A stretch of DNA of 64,000 nt from Candidatus Epulonipiscium sp. (GCA_012520595.1 JAAYNZ010000007.1:29540-93539); one strand, 5' to 3'. Shown: positions 28,907 to 40,473, counted from the first letter of the stretch. The notes: generated by a model from the sequence alone, not told the origin. Program-made: numbers and translations.

Positions 28907-30163
28907 TTATATAGAAGGAATTTCTTTGAGGTTTTTAACTTTACCTACAACAGATACACTCATTTGAGTAAAATCAAAAATTTCCTGGATTAGGTATTCG
29001 ATGTCTTCCTTAGTAACTTGATCAATTTTCTTGATAATTTCATTTGGTGTTTGAATATGATTCAATAATAACTGGGATCTACCAATGCTGTTCATGCGTC
29101 CACTGGTACTTTCAAGCCCCATCATATAATTACTTTTTAATTGTTCTTTTGTTTGATCAATTTCTTGTTGTGTAATGAACTCTTTTTTTAATAAAGTTAA
29201 TTCTTCCACAATCAGCTCTAAAACCCTTGAAGTTTGAACTGGATTCATTCCTGCATAAATTGTAAATAAACCTGCCTGTTGATAATTAGAAGGATAAGAA
29301 TAAACAGAATAAGCTAACCCATGTTCTTCTCTGATTTTCTGAAATAGCCGTGAACTCATGCTTCCGCCTAAAATCGTATTTAATATACTTAGGGGGTATA
29401 CTTTTTTACTTCCAATGGGAGGTCCAGGAAAGCCTAAACAAATATGAACTTGCTCAATATCTTTTTCTTTTTTAATGATACCTGGAGTGTATTGGGTCTT
29501 AAATGATTGGATTATGGGAGTGGCTAAAGATTTCCAGTGTCCAAAAGCTTTTTCGAGTTTTTCATATAGCTCTTCATACTCAAAATATCCTACAACGGCA
29601 ATCACTGTATTAGTCGGTTGATAACGCTGACTCATATACTCCTTTAATGTTTTTTGTCGAAAGGTTTCTAATGTTTCTTCAGTACCTAAAATCGGATAAC
29701 CTAAGGAATCATCCCAAATAGTAGATTGCAGTAGATCATGAACTTGTTCTTCTGGAGCATCTTCATACATATTAATTTCTTCTAAAATAACACTACGTTC
29801 TTTTATAATTTCTTCTTCTGCAAAAGTAGAATGAAAAAACATATCTGTTAAGACATCCAAAGCTAAGTCAAAATGAGTATCTAATGTGCGAGTATAATAA
29901 CAAGTGTATTCTTTTGCTGTAAAAGCATTGATTTGTCCTCCCACCCGATCCATTTGTTCTGCAATATCCTTGGATGTTCGTTTTAATGTTCCTTTGAACA
30001 TCATATGTTCAATAAAATGAGAAATTCCATTCAACTCTTTTGTTTCATATCGTGAACCATTACCAATCCAAATTCCCATGGTAATGGAACGAACAAAGGG
30101 AATTCTTTCGGCTACAATAGTAAGTCCATTGTCAAGTACTTTTTTTCGTACCATTGAAGTCAC
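28907..30163 (-). CDS. mlpA: M16 family zinc peptidase (insulinase-like)
   Basis: 418 aa with the inverted zinc motif HxxEH (HFIEHMMFKGT). It sits between pnp and dpaA, like B. subtilis mlpA/ymxG. Confidence 0.8.
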   Translation of the reverse strand: MTSMVRKKVLDNGLTIVAERIPFVRSITMGIWIGNGSRYETKELNGISHFIEHMMFKGTLKRTSKDIAEQMDRVGGQINAFTAKEYTCYYTRTLDTHFDLALDVLTDMFFHSTFAEEEIIKERSVILEEINMYEDAPEEQVHDLLQSTIWDDSLGYPILGTEETLETFRQKTLKEYMSQRYQPTNTVIAVVGYFEYEELYEKLEKAFGHWKSLATPIIQSFKTQYTPGIIKKEKDIEQVHICLGFPGPPIGSKKVYPLSILNTILGGSMSSRLFQKIREEHGLAYSVYSYPSNYQQAGLFTIYAGMNPVQTSRVLELIVEELTLLKKEFITQQEIDQTKEQLKSNYMMGLESTSGRMNSIGRSQLLLNHIQTPNEIIKKIDQVTKEDIEYLIQEIFDFTQMSVSVVGKVKNLKEIPSI

Positions 30164-30261
30164 CTCAATCTATATTTAGATTACAAGAAAAGTATAAAAA
30201 TGAATTCTTCAAATAAATGAGAAAATTTAGTCTTTTAGGCAAGACGCACTTTTCTAATTCA

Positions 30262-30300
30262 CAAAAATAATAAAACATAAACCTACAGGGCTTATGTTTT
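30262..30300 (-). terminator. rho-independent terminator after pnp
   Basis: AAAACATAA (30272-30280) pairs with TTATGTTTT (30292-30300). On the minus strand it is followed by ATTATTTTTG. Confidence 0.55.
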
Positions 30301-30307
30301 ATTTGAT

Positions 30308-32419
30308 TTAATGTTCTTCTTTAAGAGGAGCTGGAAGAGCATCTTTTCTTGATAAATTAATTCTTCCTTGCCCGTCAATATCCGTTACTTTAACTAATAT
30401 TTCATCGCCTACGTTTACTACATCTTCTACTTTATTGACTCGCTCGTGGGCCAGCTTAGAAATATGAACCAATCCTTCTTTACCTGGGGCAATCTCGACA
30501 AAAGCTCCAAATTTTAGAATACGAACAACTTTTCCGGTATATAATTGTCCTGGTTCAATATCTTTTGCAATGGACTCGATGATAGATAAGGCTTTTTTTA
30601 CAGCATCTTCTTCAATACCACAAATAAAAATACGCCCATCATCTTCAATATCAATTTTAACCCCTGTTTCATCAATGATCTTATTGATGGTTTTACCTCT
30701 GGGTCCTATAATCTCACTAATTTTTTCAGGATCTACTTGGGTTTGTATAATTTGAGGTGCAAAAGGTGAAAGATGTTTTTTAGGTTCTTTAATAGCTTTC
30801 AGCATTACTTCATCTAAAATATAGAAACGTGCATTTTTTGTTTGATATAACGCTTGTTTAACAACTTCTTTTGTAAGCCCTTCAATCTTCATATCCATTT
30901 GAATGGCTGTAATTCCTTTATGAGTACCTGCCACTTTAAAGTCCATATCACCAAAGAAATCTTCCAATCCTTGAATATCCGTTAGCATTATAAATTCATC
31001 ATCTGTATCCCCTGTAACCAATCCCACTGAAATTCCTGCTACGGGTGCTTTAATAGGAACACCAGCAGCCATTAAGGATAAGGTACTTGCACAAATACTT
31101 GCTTGTGAAGTAGAACCATTGGAACTTAATACTTCTGATACAAGACGGATGGCATAAGGAAATTCTTCTTCAGAAGGAATCACAGGTACTAAGGCTCTTT
31201 CTGCTAACGCTCCATGGCCAATTTCTCTTCGTCCGGGTCCTCTCGAAGGTTTTGTTTCCCCTACCGAAAAACTTGGAAAATTATAATGGTGCATGTAACG
31301 TTTGCTATCTTCTAATTCATCAAGCCCATCTAATACTTGGACATCCCCTAAAGCGCCAAGAGTTGTCACTGTTAAAACTTGGGTTTGTCCACGACTAAAA
31401 ATAGCTGAACCATGAGTACGTGGAAGAATATCTATTTCAGCAGACAAGGAACGAATTTCTTCTAATCCACGACCATCAGGTCTTTTCTGTTGTTTTAAGA
31501 TCATTCTTCGAACAGTTTCTTTTTCAAATTGATCAATCGCATCTCCTAAATAAGGTTCATAGTCTGGATTGTTTTCCATAAAATAAGCAACTACTTCTTC
31601 TGTTAATTCTTTCATTTGGGCTTCTCTTTGTTGCTTTTGATCTGTAAAAACAGCTTTTTCCATTCTTTCATTCCCAATAAATGATTTAATTTCTTCATAA
31701 ATTTCTTCTGGTATGATATGTCTTTCATAATCATGCTTTTCTTTTCCTACAGCGGCCACAATTTTATTAATAAATTCTACAATTTTTTGATTTTGCTCAT
31801 GTCCTTTGTAAATGGCCTCTAACATTAATTCTTCTGAAATTTCATCAGCACCTGCTTCAATCATCATTACTTTTTCTTTTGTAGAAGCTACCGTTAATGC
31901 TAAATGGCTTTTTTCTCTTTGAGTCGAAGTGGGATTTAATACCAATTCTCCATCCACATAACCAATTGCAACAGATCCAGTAGGACCATTAAAAGGAATA
32001 TCAGAAATGGATAAGGCGATAGAAGAACCAATCATGGCTACTATTTCTGGACTACAATCTTGATCTACCGATAAGACTGTATTGACTACGGATACATCAT
32101 TACGATAATCTTTCGGAAATAAGGGACGAATGGGGCGATCAATAACCCTTGCAGCTAAAATCGCTTTTTCAGTTGGCTTGCCTTCCCTCTTAATAAAACC
32201 TCCTGGAATTTTTCCTACTGCATAGAGGCGTTCTTCATAATCTACGCTTAATGGAAAAAAATCAATACCTTCTCGTGGCTTGTCAGAAGCAGTGGCAGTT
32301 GAAAGTACTACTGTATCACCATAGCGAACAAGAGCTGCACCATTGGCTTGTTCTGCTACCTTACCGACTTCTACAGATAAGGTTCTTCCAGCTAATTCCA
32401 TTGTAAATGTTTGTGACAT
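30308..32419 (-). CDS. pnp: polyribonucleotide nucleotidyltransferase (PNPase)
   Basis: It has two RNase PH domains plus KH and S1 domains. I moved the start to the ATG at 32419 ([12 protein letters not shown]), which has the RBS AAAGGAGAG. The upstream ATG used in the track lacks an RBS. Confidence 0.93.
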   Translation of the reverse strand: MSQTFTMELAGRTLSVEVGKVAEQANGAALVRYGDTVVLSTATASDKPREGIDFFPLSVDYEERLYAVGKIPGGFIKREGKPTEKAILAARVIDRPIRPLFPKDYRNDVSVVNTVLSVDQDCSPEIVAMIGSSIALSISDIPFNGPTGSVAIGYVDGELVLNPTSTQREKSHLALTVASTKEKVMMIEAGADEISEELMLEAIYKGHEQNQKIVEFINKIVAAVGKEKHDYERHIIPEEIYEEIKSFIGNERMEKAVFTDQKQQREAQMKELTEEVVAYFMENNPDYEPYLGDAIDQFEKETVRRMILKQQKRPDGRGLEEIRSLSAEIDILPRTHGSAIFSRGQTQVLTVTTLGALGDVQVLDGLDELEDSKRYMHHYNFPSFSVGETKPSRGPGRREIGHGALAERALVPVIPSEEEFPYAIRLVSEVLSSNGSTSQASICASTLSLMAAGVPIKAPVAGISVGLVTGDTDDEFIMLTDIQGLEDFFGDMDFKVAGTHKGITAIQMDMKIEGLTKEVVKQALYQTKNARFYILDEVMLKAIKEPKKHLSPFAPQIIQTQVDPEKISEIIGPRGKTINKIIDETGVKIDIEDDGRIFICGIEEDAVKKALSIIESIAKDIEPGQLYTGKVVRILKFGAFVEIAPGKEGLVHISKLAHERVNKVEDVVNVGDEILVKVTDIDGQGRINLSRKDALPAPLKEEH

Positions 32420-32551
32420 CCTCAATCTCTCCTTTCTTTTTTTCATATTTATTCTACTACTAATTCATTCTCCACTTATATGTAATATGAATCAATCTAC
32501 AAATTCTTATACTACAAGAAAAGTACAAAAAACACACTTTTTTTCTAATTC

Positions 32552-32580
32552 AAAATAATAGAGCGGATTTCTCCGCTCTT
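32552..32580 (-). terminator. rho-independent terminator/processing hairpin after rpsO
   Basis: AGAGCGGA (32560-32567) pairs with TCCGCTCT (32572-32579) around a 4-nt loop. On the minus strand it is followed by ATTATTTTG. Confidence 0.75.
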
Positions 32581-32582
32581 TA

Positions 32583-32846
32583 TTATCTTCGTAATCCTAA
32601 TTCTTCAATCAGATTTCGATAGGCTTCGATATCCTTATTTTTCAAATAAGTTAATAACCCTCTTCGTTGTCCTACCATCTTTAAAAGTCCTCGTCTAGAA
32701 TGATGATCCTTTTTATGCATTTTTAGATGCTCTGTTAAATCATTAATACGTGCTGTTAATAATGCAATTTGCACTTCTGGTGAACCTGTGTCGTTAGGGG
32801 TTCTACCAAATTTTTCAATTATTTCTTGTTTTTTTGCTTTTTCCAT
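32583..32846 (-). CDS. rpsO: 30S ribosomal protein S15
   Basis: 87 aa. It contains [35 protein letters not shown]. Confidence 0.95.
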   Translation of the reverse strand: MEKAKKQEIIEKFGRTPNDTGSPEVQIALLTARINDLTEHLKMHKKDHHSRRGLLKMVGQRRGLLTYLKNKDIEAYRNLIEELGLRR

Positions 32847-32944
32847 GAAAATCCTCCTTAAAATAATAGAATCTATAACCCCCTACTGCTAAGAAAAGGT
32901 CGGAGTTTCCTTTTTCCGAGCAAAGGTTGTTATATTTTTAGACA
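32847..32944 (-). promoter_or_regulatory. structured 5' leader of rpsO (candidate S15 autoregulatory element)
   Basis: The leader is about 100 nt. It has an inner hairpin (TCGGA-N10-TCCGA). A long-range pairing, TATAAC(AA)CC with GGGTTATA, encloses that hairpin just upstream of the RBS AAGGAGG. Confidence 0.35.
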
Positions 32945-32950
32945 ATACAC

Positions 32951-32979
32951 ATTTTATCATAGTTCTCTAAGTTTGTAAA
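32951..32979 (-). promoter_or_regulatory. sigma-A promoter for rpsO (extended -10)
   Basis: On the minus strand: TTTACA, a 17-nt spacer, then TAAAAT. The spacer ends in TGA, giving a TGnTAAAAT extended -10. Confidence 0.6.
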
Positions 32980-33002
32980 TCCTTTATTGAATAGTAAACC
33001 TT

Positions 33003-33929
33003 TTATTTTGACCTTTCAAAATAAGCCCGTGCTCTTTTTTCGTCTTCTTGAATTTGATACATGAGAGCTGTTAGGGAATGAAAGCGATGTTCTGGCCGTA
33101 ACCATTCTAAAAACTCAACTTTAATAGATTCCCCATATAAATCTTGTTCAAAATCTAAAAGATAACTTTCAACTACCGTTTTCTTGCCATAAACCGTTGG
33201 ATTGGATCCAACACTGGTAATACTTGGTCTCTTTTGTCCTAACCACTGTACATAAGTAATATATACACCATGATCTGGAAGTAATTTATCAGAAGAGGGA
33301 ATTAAGTTTACTGTAGGAAATCCGATAGTTCTTCCTAATTGCTTGCCTTTTACTACGGTTCCCATAATTGAATAAGGCTCACCTAACAGTATATTGGCTT
33401 TATTGATTTCTCCTTTTGCTAAATACTGTCGAATTCGAGTACTACTTACTTCTTCTCCTTGAATTTGTACAGGAGAAATGGCAAGAGTCTGAAAACCTAG
33501 CTTTTCTCCTAAAGAATGTAAAAGATGAATGTCTCCCTTTCGTTCTTTACCGAATTTAAAGTTTTTTCCTACAATAACCACTTTGCTATGTAATTGATTG
33601 TATAAAATTTTTTGTATAAACTGTTCTGGCGGAATCTGGGCAAAAGATTGAGTAAAAGGATATTCAATATAAAGTTCAATACCTAGTTCTTCTATCTTTT
33701 TAATTTTTTCTTCTTTTGTATAAATTAATTGAAAATTTTTACGGTTAGCAAGTACAAAAGCAGGATGAGGAAAAAAAGAAAATACAGCTCCTTGAACGCG
33801 GTATAGACTGGCTTGTCTTTTTACTTCTTCAATCAATCTTTTATGTCCTATATGTAGACCATCAAAATTGCCTAGTGCTACTACGCAAGGTATTGATTGG
33901 GTAATTTCTTCTTCGTTTATATATCTCAT
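33003..33929 (-). CDS. ribF: bifunctional riboflavin kinase/FMN adenylyltransferase
   Basis: 308 aa with the motifs LGNFDGLHIGH and GFPTVNL. Confidence 0.92.
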   Translation of the reverse strand: MRYINEEEITQSIPCVVALGNFDGLHIGHKRLIEEVKRQASLYRVQGAVFSFFPHPAFVLANRKNFQLIYTKEEKIKKIEELGIELYIEYPFTQSFAQIPPEQFIQKILYNQLHSKVVIVGKNFKFGKERKGDIHLLHSLGEKLGFQTLAISPVQIQGEEVSSTRIRQYLAKGEINKANILLGEPYSIMGTVVKGKQLGRTIGFPTVNLIPSSDKLLPDHGVYITYVQWLGQKRPSITSVGSNPTVYGKKTVVESYLLDFEQDLYGESIKVEFLEWLRPEHRFHSLTALMYQIQEDEKRARAYFERSK

Positions 33930-33941
33930 CTGCAGAACCCC

Positions 33942-34847
33942 TTATATCAAAATTTTTACTGGTTTGTAAAATACTTGTTCCTGTTCTTTTGTGCCTTGAT
34001 ACAAGCCTATAAAATCTCCTGCACTTGTATACATACAAAAGAGCCTTTCTTGAAAGGCATCACTTTGGATCTGATCTATTCCTTTTTCATAAATTGTATG
34101 TCCATTCCGTAAAGAACGATCAGCAGATTCTTTTACATAGATTTTAGGGTAAGTTTGAAATAATTCAGCAATAGGCATTAGAATTTGATGAAAGGATTGA
34201 GTTTTAATCTTTTCTGCGATTTGTTCTAAAGTAAAACTGTTTGAAATATGAAAATCGCCTACTTGAGTACGAAGTAATCCATTCATATGAGCTCCACACC
34301 CTAATTGTTCTCCTACATCGGCACATAATGTTCGAATGTAAGTTCCTTTCGAACAGTCCACTATGAACTCCACTTGATCGGGAGGAATCCATCGGGTTAC
34401 TTCAATATGATCAATATAAACCGTTCTTGGCTCTCTTTTAACTTCTTTTCCTTCTCTGGCTAATTCATAGAGCCTTCTACCTTTTATTTTTATGGCTGAG
34501 TACATAGGAGGAATTTGTTGATATTTTCCTATAAAAGACAATAAAACTTTTTCGATGCTCTTAGGATCATAATTCACTGACCTTTGTTTTATGATTGTTC
34601 CTGTATGATCTTCTGTTGTTGTTGTAATCCCTAGACGCATACATGCTTTGTACTGTTTTTTTTGTCCTGTAATATAATCTACCACTTTAGTCCCCTTACC
34701 AAAACAAATAGGTAAAACCCCTTCCGCTTCTGGATCTAAGGTTCCTGTGTGTCCTACTTTTTTTTGTCCACTCCACTTCCTAAGAAGTTGTACTACATCA
34801 TGAGACGTATATCCCTTTTCTTTGTATACATTTAAGATACCATTCAA
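33942..34847 (-). CDS. truB: tRNA pseudouridine(55) synthase
   Basis: 301 aa with the motif GHTGTLDPEAEGVLPI. Confidence 0.92.
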   Translation of the reverse strand: MNGILNVYKEKGYTSHDVVQLLRKWSGQKKVGHTGTLDPEAEGVLPICFGKGTKVVDYITGQKKQYKACMRLGITTTTEDHTGTIIKQRSVNYDPKSIEKVLLSFIGKYQQIPPMYSAIKIKGRRLYELAREGKEVKREPRTVYIDHIEVTRWIPPDQVEFIVDCSKGTYIRTLCADVGEQLGCGAHMNGLLRTQVGDFHISNSFTLEQIAEKIKTQSFHQILMPIAELFQTYPKIYVKESADRSLRNGHTIYEKGIDQIQSDAFQERLFCMYTSAGDFIGLYQGTKEQEQVFYKPVKILI

Positions 34848-34877
34848 TCTTTATTCTCTCCTTGATCCAAAATAGCT

Positions 34878-35825
34878 CTAAAAAAAATCTTCCAAAGCCT
34901 CCAGCACAAGACGCTTTGCCTCTTCTACTGGAGCAAAAATAGTACAACCTGCTGCCTTTATATGACCTCCACCACCAAATTGGGAAGCCACAGCAGCTAC
35001 ATTCACATCATCTCTAGAACGCAAACTAACTTTTACCTCATTGGGATAAAGCTCATATAAAAATACAGCAACAGAAACATCATCAATTTCCGCCAAAAAT
35101 TGTACGATTCCTTCTGTATCTCCAGTGCCAAGGGATTTAGTCTCTGCCCATGAAGCAAAAGAAAGGCTCACTTGATCATGGTAATACAAAGATGCCCTTG
35201 CAAGAGTTGTCCCTAAAAGTTTAGTTTTTTCATAACTTCGACGATGAAAAAGTTGATGACTCACAAAGGAAGAATCAATTTTATGCTTCAATAAATGACT
35301 TGCAATCCAATGGGTTTTAGGCGTTGTACTCGTATGCTGAAAACTTCCTGTATCATATACAATCCCTGTATAAAGGCATAATGCAATGGAAGACGTTATG
35401 GGGATTTGCCACTCTTCAAATAAATCGTAAAGTAATTCACAAGTAGAACTGACTTCTTCACTGACGATATTATAATCCCCATACATGGTATTGCTGGTAT
35501 GATGATCAATATTAATGGTGCTTGTAGCATTTTTTAAATAGGGTACATAAGAATTTAGACGCTGTTCATCTCCACAGTCTAAAGCAATAAAAAGATCGAT
35601 TTTCTCTTCTGGATCCAATTGATGAACCACTTCTACTGGCGTTGGTAAAAACTCATAAGTAGATGAAAAAGCTTCTAATAAAATTTTTGATTTTTTCCCT
35701 ATGTTTTTTAAAGCATGAGCAAAAGCAAAACAAGCTCCTATGGCATCCCCATCTGGATTTGTATGTCCTGCAATAATAATTTTGTTTTGCTTTTTTATTT
35801 GTTCTAAAACAGCACCATTGTTCAT
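34878..35825 (-). CDS. nrnA: DHH/DHHA1 family nanoRNase / pAp phosphatase
   Basis: 315 aa with the motifs GHTNPDGDAIG, DHH and GGGH. Confidence 0.85.
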   Translation of the reverse strand: MNNGAVLEQIKKQNKIIIAGHTNPDGDAIGACFAFAHALKNIGKKSKILLEAFSSTYEFLPTPVEVVHQLDPEEKIDLFIALDCGDEQRLNSYVPYLKNATSTINIDHHTSNTMYGDYNIVSEEVSSTCELLYDLFEEWQIPITSSIALCLYTGIVYDTGSFQHTSTTPKTHWIASHLLKHKIDSSFVSHQLFHRRSYEKTKLLGTTLARASLYYHDQVSLSFASWAETKSLGTGDTEGIVQFLAEIDDVSVAVFLYELYPNEVKVSLRSRDDVNVAAVASQFGGGGHIKAAGCTIFAPVEEAKRLVLEALEDFF

Positions 35826-36190
35826 TATGAATCCTCTCCTGGCTTTTTGTTTATTTCTTCCATTAGTTGTTCTAAATGAATACTATATTCAATGGATTCA
35901 TCCAAGCGAAAAAGTATTTCTGGAGTGTTACGTAAATTTAAACGTTTAGCTAGCTCTCTTCGCATAAAACCACTGGCACTTTTTAACCCTTTTAACGCCT
36001 CTTGTTTTTCTTCTTCATTTCCCATAATACTAACGAAAATTTTTGTGTATTTTAAATCATTAGTAGTATCAACTCGAAGTACACTAACCATGGTTTGAAT
36101 TCGAGGATCTTTTAATTCTTGGTCAATAAGCTGACTTATCTCTCTTTTTATTTCTTCATTAATTCGAATTAATCTTGTTCCTTTTGCCAT
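35825..36190 (-). CDS. rbfA: ribosome-binding factor A
   Basis: 121 aa. It contains RINEEIKREISQLI...DPR and lies after infB. Confidence 0.9.
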   Translation of the reverse strand: MAKGTRLIRINEEIKREISQLIDQELKDPRIQTMVSVLRVDTTNDLKYTKIFVSIMGNEEEKQEALKGLKSASGFMRRELAKRLNLRNTPEILFRLDESIEYSIHLEQLMEEINKKPGEDS

Positions 36191-36206
36191 TGTTTATCAT
36201 CCTTTA

Positions 36207-38255
36207 TTATCGTGGTATTTCTTCCATAATATAAGCTTCCACAATATCCTTTTCTTTAACATCATTAAACTTATTGAAAGTAATTCCACATTCATAACCT
36301 GCATTTACTTCTCGAACATCATCTTTAAATCGTTTTAGAGAACTTAATTCGCCTTCATAAATAACAATGCCATCTCGTACAATTCGAACCTTTGAGTTTC
36401 TTGTAATTTTACCATCTTGAACATAGGATCCTGCAATGGTTCCAAGACCTGAAGCTTTAAATATTTGTCGCACTTCTACATGTCCGATTACTTTTTCTTT
36501 ATATTCAGGATCTAGCATTCCTTTCATGGCTGCTTCAATATCTTCAATGGCACTATAAATAACTCGATAAAGTCGAATGTCTACTTTTTCTCTTTCAGAT
36601 ACTGATTTTGCACTGGCCTCAGGTCGTACATTAAATCCAATAATAATAGCATTTGATGCAGAAGCCAACATAACATCGGATTCTGTAATAGCTCCAACAC
36701 CTCCATGAATAGTTCGAATACGAACCTCTTCATTGGATAACTTTTCCAAGCTTTGTTTTACTGCTTCTACAGATCCTTGCACATCTGCTTTTACAACAAT
36801 ATTTAACTCTTTTATATTACCTTCTTGAATTTGGTAAAACAAATCATTTAAAGACACTTTCTGTGGTGTCTCTTGAATTAATTTTTCTCGGCCTGCGGCA
36901 ATGACTCGTTCTGCAAATTGACGTGCCTCCCGATCACTATTGGCTACATAAAACATCTCACCAGCTGCCGGAACCTCAGAAAGTCCTAATATTTCTACTG
37001 GTGTAGAAGGACCTGCCATTTTTACTCGACGTCCCTTGTCATCCATCATGGCCCGAATACGTCCATAAGCAACTCCAGCCACAATAGGATCTCCTACTTT
37101 TAAAGTCCCATCTTGTACAAGTACGGTTGCTACAGGTCCTCTTCCTTTATCTAATTCAGCTTCAATAATGGTTCCCCTAGCTTTTTTATTTGGGTTTGCC
37201 TTTAGTTCTTCCATTTCAGAAACTAGTAGAACCATCTCTAATAACTGATCTATTCCTTCATTTTTTAAAGAAGAAATGGGAACACAAATGGTGTCTCCAC
37301 CCCAATCTTCAGGAACTAATCCATGTTCTACCAATTCTTGTTTAACTCGATCAGGATTTGCACTGGGTTTATCCATTTTATTGATGGCTACAATAATTTG
37401 TACTCCTGCTGCCCTGGCATGATTAATGGCTTCTACAGTTTGAGGCATAACACCATCATCTGCTGCTACAACTAAGATAGCAACATCTGTTACTTGTGCT
37501 CCTCTCATTCGCATAGCTGTAAAAGCTTCATGTCCTGGTGTATCTAAAAAGGTTATCTTTTTATGATTGACTTCTACAACATAAGCACCAATATGCTGGG
37601 TAATTCCACCGGCTTCCCTAGCTGTTACATTGCTTTTACGTATAGCGTCTAATAACGATGTTTTTCCATGGTCTACGTGTCCCATGACAACAACAACAGG
37701 AGGACGATCCTTTAGGTCTTTGGGATCATCAGGTTCTTCCATAAATAATTCTTCTAATAAGTCTTTTACTTCTTCTTTTTCTACCATAACGTCAAATTGT
37801 TCTGCCACAAAAGAAGCTGTTTCAAAATCAATTTCTTGGTTCACTGTAGCCATAATTCCTTGCCCCATTAAAATCTTGATTACTTCACTAAAGGATTGAT
37901 CTAACTTTTCGGCTAATTCTTTTACTGTAATCCCATCGGAAATTTGTATGATTAAAATCTCTTCCCCTTCTTCCTCTTCTTGTTTTAGTTCTTGGTTTTT
38001 TTCCATGGATTTGTTTTTTTCTTTTTTTACTTGTTTTTCTTCTTGTGGCTTCTCTTGTTTTGTTTTAGTTTTTGTCGTAGTTACTACAGGATCTTCTTCA
38101 GAAGTATAATATTCTAAAATGATATTGGCTTCTTCATTCTCTAACGTGCTCATATGACTGCTCACTTGAATATTAAATTCCTGTAATTTTTCAATTAATT
38201 CTTTACTGCTTATATTGAGTTGTTTTGCCATTTCATATACTCTTATTTTTGACAA
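36207..38255 (-). CDS. infB: translation initiation factor IF-2
   Basis: 682 aa with the GTPase motifs [14 protein letters not shown] and NKMD. Confidence 0.95.
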   Translation of the reverse strand: MSKIRVYEMAKQLNISSKELIEKLQEFNIQVSSHMSTLENEEANIILEYYTSEEDPVVTTTKTKTKQEKPQEEKQVKKEKNKSMEKNQELKQEEEEGEEILIIQISDGITVKELAEKLDQSFSEVIKILMGQGIMATVNQEIDFETASFVAEQFDVMVEKEEVKDLLEELFMEEPDDPKDLKDRPPVVVVMGHVDHGKTSLLDAIRKSNVTAREAGGITQHIGAYVVEVNHKKITFLDTPGHEAFTAMRMRGAQVTDVAILVVAADDGVMPQTVEAINHARAAGVQIIVAINKMDKPSANPDRVKQELVEHGLVPEDWGGDTICVPISSLKNEGIDQLLEMVLLVSEMEELKANPNKKARGTIIEAELDKGRGPVATVLVQDGTLKVGDPIVAGVAYGRIRAMMDDKGRRVKMAGPSTPVEILGLSEVPAAGEMFYVANSDREARQFAERVIAAGREKLIQETPQKVSLNDLFYQIQEGNIKELNIVVKADVQGSVEAVKQSLEKLSNEEVRIRTIHGGVGAITESDVMLASASNAIIIGFNVRPEASAKSVSEREKVDIRLYRVIYSAIEDIEAAMKGMLDPEYKEKVIGHVEVRQIFKASGLGTIAGSYVQDGKITRNSKVRIVRDGIVIYEGELSSLKRFKDDVREVNAGYECGITFNKFNDVKEKDIVEAYIMEEIPR

Positions 38256-38282
38256 TCAAACCCACCTCCAAAAATAATTTTC

Positions 38283-38603
38283 TTATGATCCTAAAATATC
38301 TTGCAATAATTGTTCCATCTTCTTCGCAAAATGAGGATCTCTAATCGCTAAAGAAGCACGATCATCTTTTCCGATACTCCGTCCCAATTCTTCTTTTGTT
38401 CCCCATAAATACAATGGAATTTGAGAAGAATTACAAAGTTCCTTAAATTTTTTTTTCGTATTTTCTGATGCATCAAGGGCGACAATAACAAATAATGCTT
38501 CTTTACTTTTAATACTTTTCTCGCACATAAACTCTCCTGAAAATATTTTTCCTGCCTTTTGACATAAACTCAACATAGAAAATATTTTTTTATCAGTGAT
38601 CAT
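38283..38603 (-). CDS. ylxQ: L7Ae-family RNA-binding protein YlxQ
   Basis: 106 aa. It has an L7Ae-like fold signature (LCQKAGK...) and sits between ylxR and infB. Confidence 0.8.
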   Translation of the reverse strand: MITDKKIFSMLSLCQKAGKIFSGEFMCEKSIKSKEALFVIVALDASENTKKKFKELCNSSQIPLYLWGTKEELGRSIGKDDRASLAIRDPHFAKKMEQLLQDILGS

Positions 38604-38871
38604 TTTGTAACTCCTCTTTTAAAGCATGATAGATCTCAGGTGAAACTGATGTTTTAAATGAGCGTTCCAGTCCTCGATTTTTTTGAGCTTGATCTAAACA
38701 ATTGCTACTAGGACAGATGTAGGCACCACGTCCAGGTTTTTTCCCAGTAAAATCAAGGAAAATCTCACCTTCTTGATTTCGTACGACTCGAATTAATTCT
38801 CTCTTGTTTTTCATTTCTTGACATCCAACACATTTGCGAAGGGGAATTTTTCGTTGTTTCATGCTGGTCAC
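38593..38871 (-). CDS. ylxR: YlxR/RnpM family (DUF448) RNA-binding protein
   Basis: 92 aa. It contains PLRKCVGCQEMKNKRELIRVV...GRGAYIC. Confidence 0.85.
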   Translation of the reverse strand: MTSMKQRKIPLRKCVGCQEMKNKRELIRVVRNQEGEIFLDFTGKKPGRGAYICPSSNCLDQAQKNRGLERSFKTSVSPEIYHALKEELQNDH

Positions 38872-38884
38872 TCCTCAAACTTCT

Positions 38885-39958
38885 TTATTCTTGTTCACGA
38901 TCCTCATCTGTAATAAAATCAATGGTTTTTGCTTGGGTTTCACTTTTAATATCAATACGCCATCCTGTTAGTTTAGCAGCTAATCGAGCATTTTGACCTT
39001 CTTTTCCTATGGCTAAAGAAAGTTGATAATCAGGAACAATAACCTTTGCACTTTTATCTTCAGAATTAATGGCTACTTCTACTACTTTAGAAGGACTTAA
39101 AGAAGCAGCAATAAATTTTTTAGGATCTTCATCCCAATGAATAATATCAATTTTTTCTCCTCGTAGTTCATTGACAACTACGTTAACCCGAACTCCATTT
39201 TGTCCTACACAAGCACCTACAGGGTCTACATCTTTGTCATTAGAATATACAGCCATTTTCGTCCTGGAGCCTGCTTCTCTGGCAATACTTTTTATTTCTA
39301 CAATACCATTTTGTATTTCTGGTACTTCTTGTTCGAATAATCGTTTTACTAATTCTGGATGAGTTCTCGATACGAAAATCTGAGGTCCCTTTGGGGTTTG
39401 TTTCACTTCTAATATATATACTTTTATTCGTTCATTAAATTCATATTCTTCTTGAGGAACTTGTTCATTGGGTGCTAAGATTGCCTCTGTTTTACCGAGT
39501 CGAACCATAACATTTTTACGTTCTTTTCTTTGTACAATACTGTTTACAATATCCTTTTCTTTACTGATATATTGTTGATATATTAGATCTCTCTCTGCTT
39601 CTCGAATCCTTTGAACAACCACTTGTTTTGCTGTTTGGGCTGCTATTCTCCCAAAATGTTTAGGGGTCACTTCGATATCTACTTGATCTCCTATTTCATA
39701 AAAAGGTTTTATTTTTTTAGCCTCTTCAAGAGTCATTTCTGCATTTTCATTGGTTACTTCTTCCACTACTGTTTTCTGAACATAAACAGCTACATCTCCA
39801 TTTTGGCGATCCATAGCTACTCTAATATTCTGTGATGTACCAAAGTTTTTTTTGCAAGCAGAAACCAAAGATGTTTCGATTGCTTCTAATAAAATTTCTT
39901 TATCAATTCCTTTTTCTTTTGCAACTTGATCTAATGCTTCAATAAATTCGGAATTCAT
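38885..39958 (-). CDS. nusA: transcription termination/antitermination factor NusA
   Basis: 357 aa with N-terminal, S1, KH1 and KH2 domains (GACVGQNGVRV, IGKEGQNARLA). Confidence 0.95.
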   Translation of the reverse strand: MNSEFIEALDQVAKEKGIDKEILLEAIETSLVSACKKNFGTSQNIRVAMDRQNGDVAVYVQKTVVEEVTNENAEMTLEEAKKIKPFYEIGDQVDIEVTPKHFGRIAAQTAKQVVVQRIREAERDLIYQQYISKEKDIVNSIVQRKERKNVMVRLGKTEAILAPNEQVPQEEYEFNERIKVYILEVKQTPKGPQIFVSRTHPELVKRLFEQEVPEIQNGIVEIKSIAREAGSRTKMAVYSNDKDVDPVGACVGQNGVRVNVVVNELRGEKIDIIHWDEDPKKFIAASLSPSKVVEVAINSEDKSAKVIVPDYQLSLAIGKEGQNARLAAKLTGWRIDIKSETQAKTIDFITDEDREQE

Positions 39959-40011
39959 TTTTTTACCTCCTCTTGTTCTGGAAACCTCCTCATGTACTAC
40001 TTATTTCTGTT

Positions 40012-40473
40012 TTACCATATCACTGCTAAGCGAACAATGGATACCTGATCCCTTGGAAAAGAACAAATTTCTCCTTTTTCATCTTCAATAACAATTTGAT
40101 CATCTTGTAAGCCAATTAATTTTCCCTGAAACTCTTTTTGCTTATTTACTGCTTTATATAACTTAACATCAACAAGTTCACCTTGGTAACGTTTAAAATC
40201 TTCTTCTTTTTTCAAAGGGCGATCTAAGCCTGGAGAACTTACTTCCAAAATGTAAGGTTGAATAATAGGATCCGTTTTATCCAACTCTTTTTCTAAAGAC
40301 CGGCTCACCCATTCACAGTCGTCAATGGTAATGCCTCCTTCTTTATCAATAAAGATTCGTAAATACCAATTAGGTCCTTCTTTCACAAATTCCACATCTA
40401 CACATTCAAAATTTTTCTCCTGCAAAATAGGATATAACATTTCTTCTACTTGTTGTTCAATTTTTTTACTCAA
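40012..40473 (-). CDS. rimP: ribosome maturation factor RimP
   Basis: 153 aa. The start codon is TTG with the RBS GAGGTGA. It contains LEVSSPGLDRPL. Confidence 0.9.
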   Translation of the reverse strand: MSKKIEQQVEEMLYPILQEKNFECVDVEFVKEGPNWYLRIFIDKEGGITIDDCEWVSRSLEKELDKTDPIIQPYILEVSSPGLDRPLKKEEDFKRYQGELVDVKLYKAVNKQKEFQGKLIGLQDDQIVIEDEKGEICSFPRDQVSIVRLAVIW

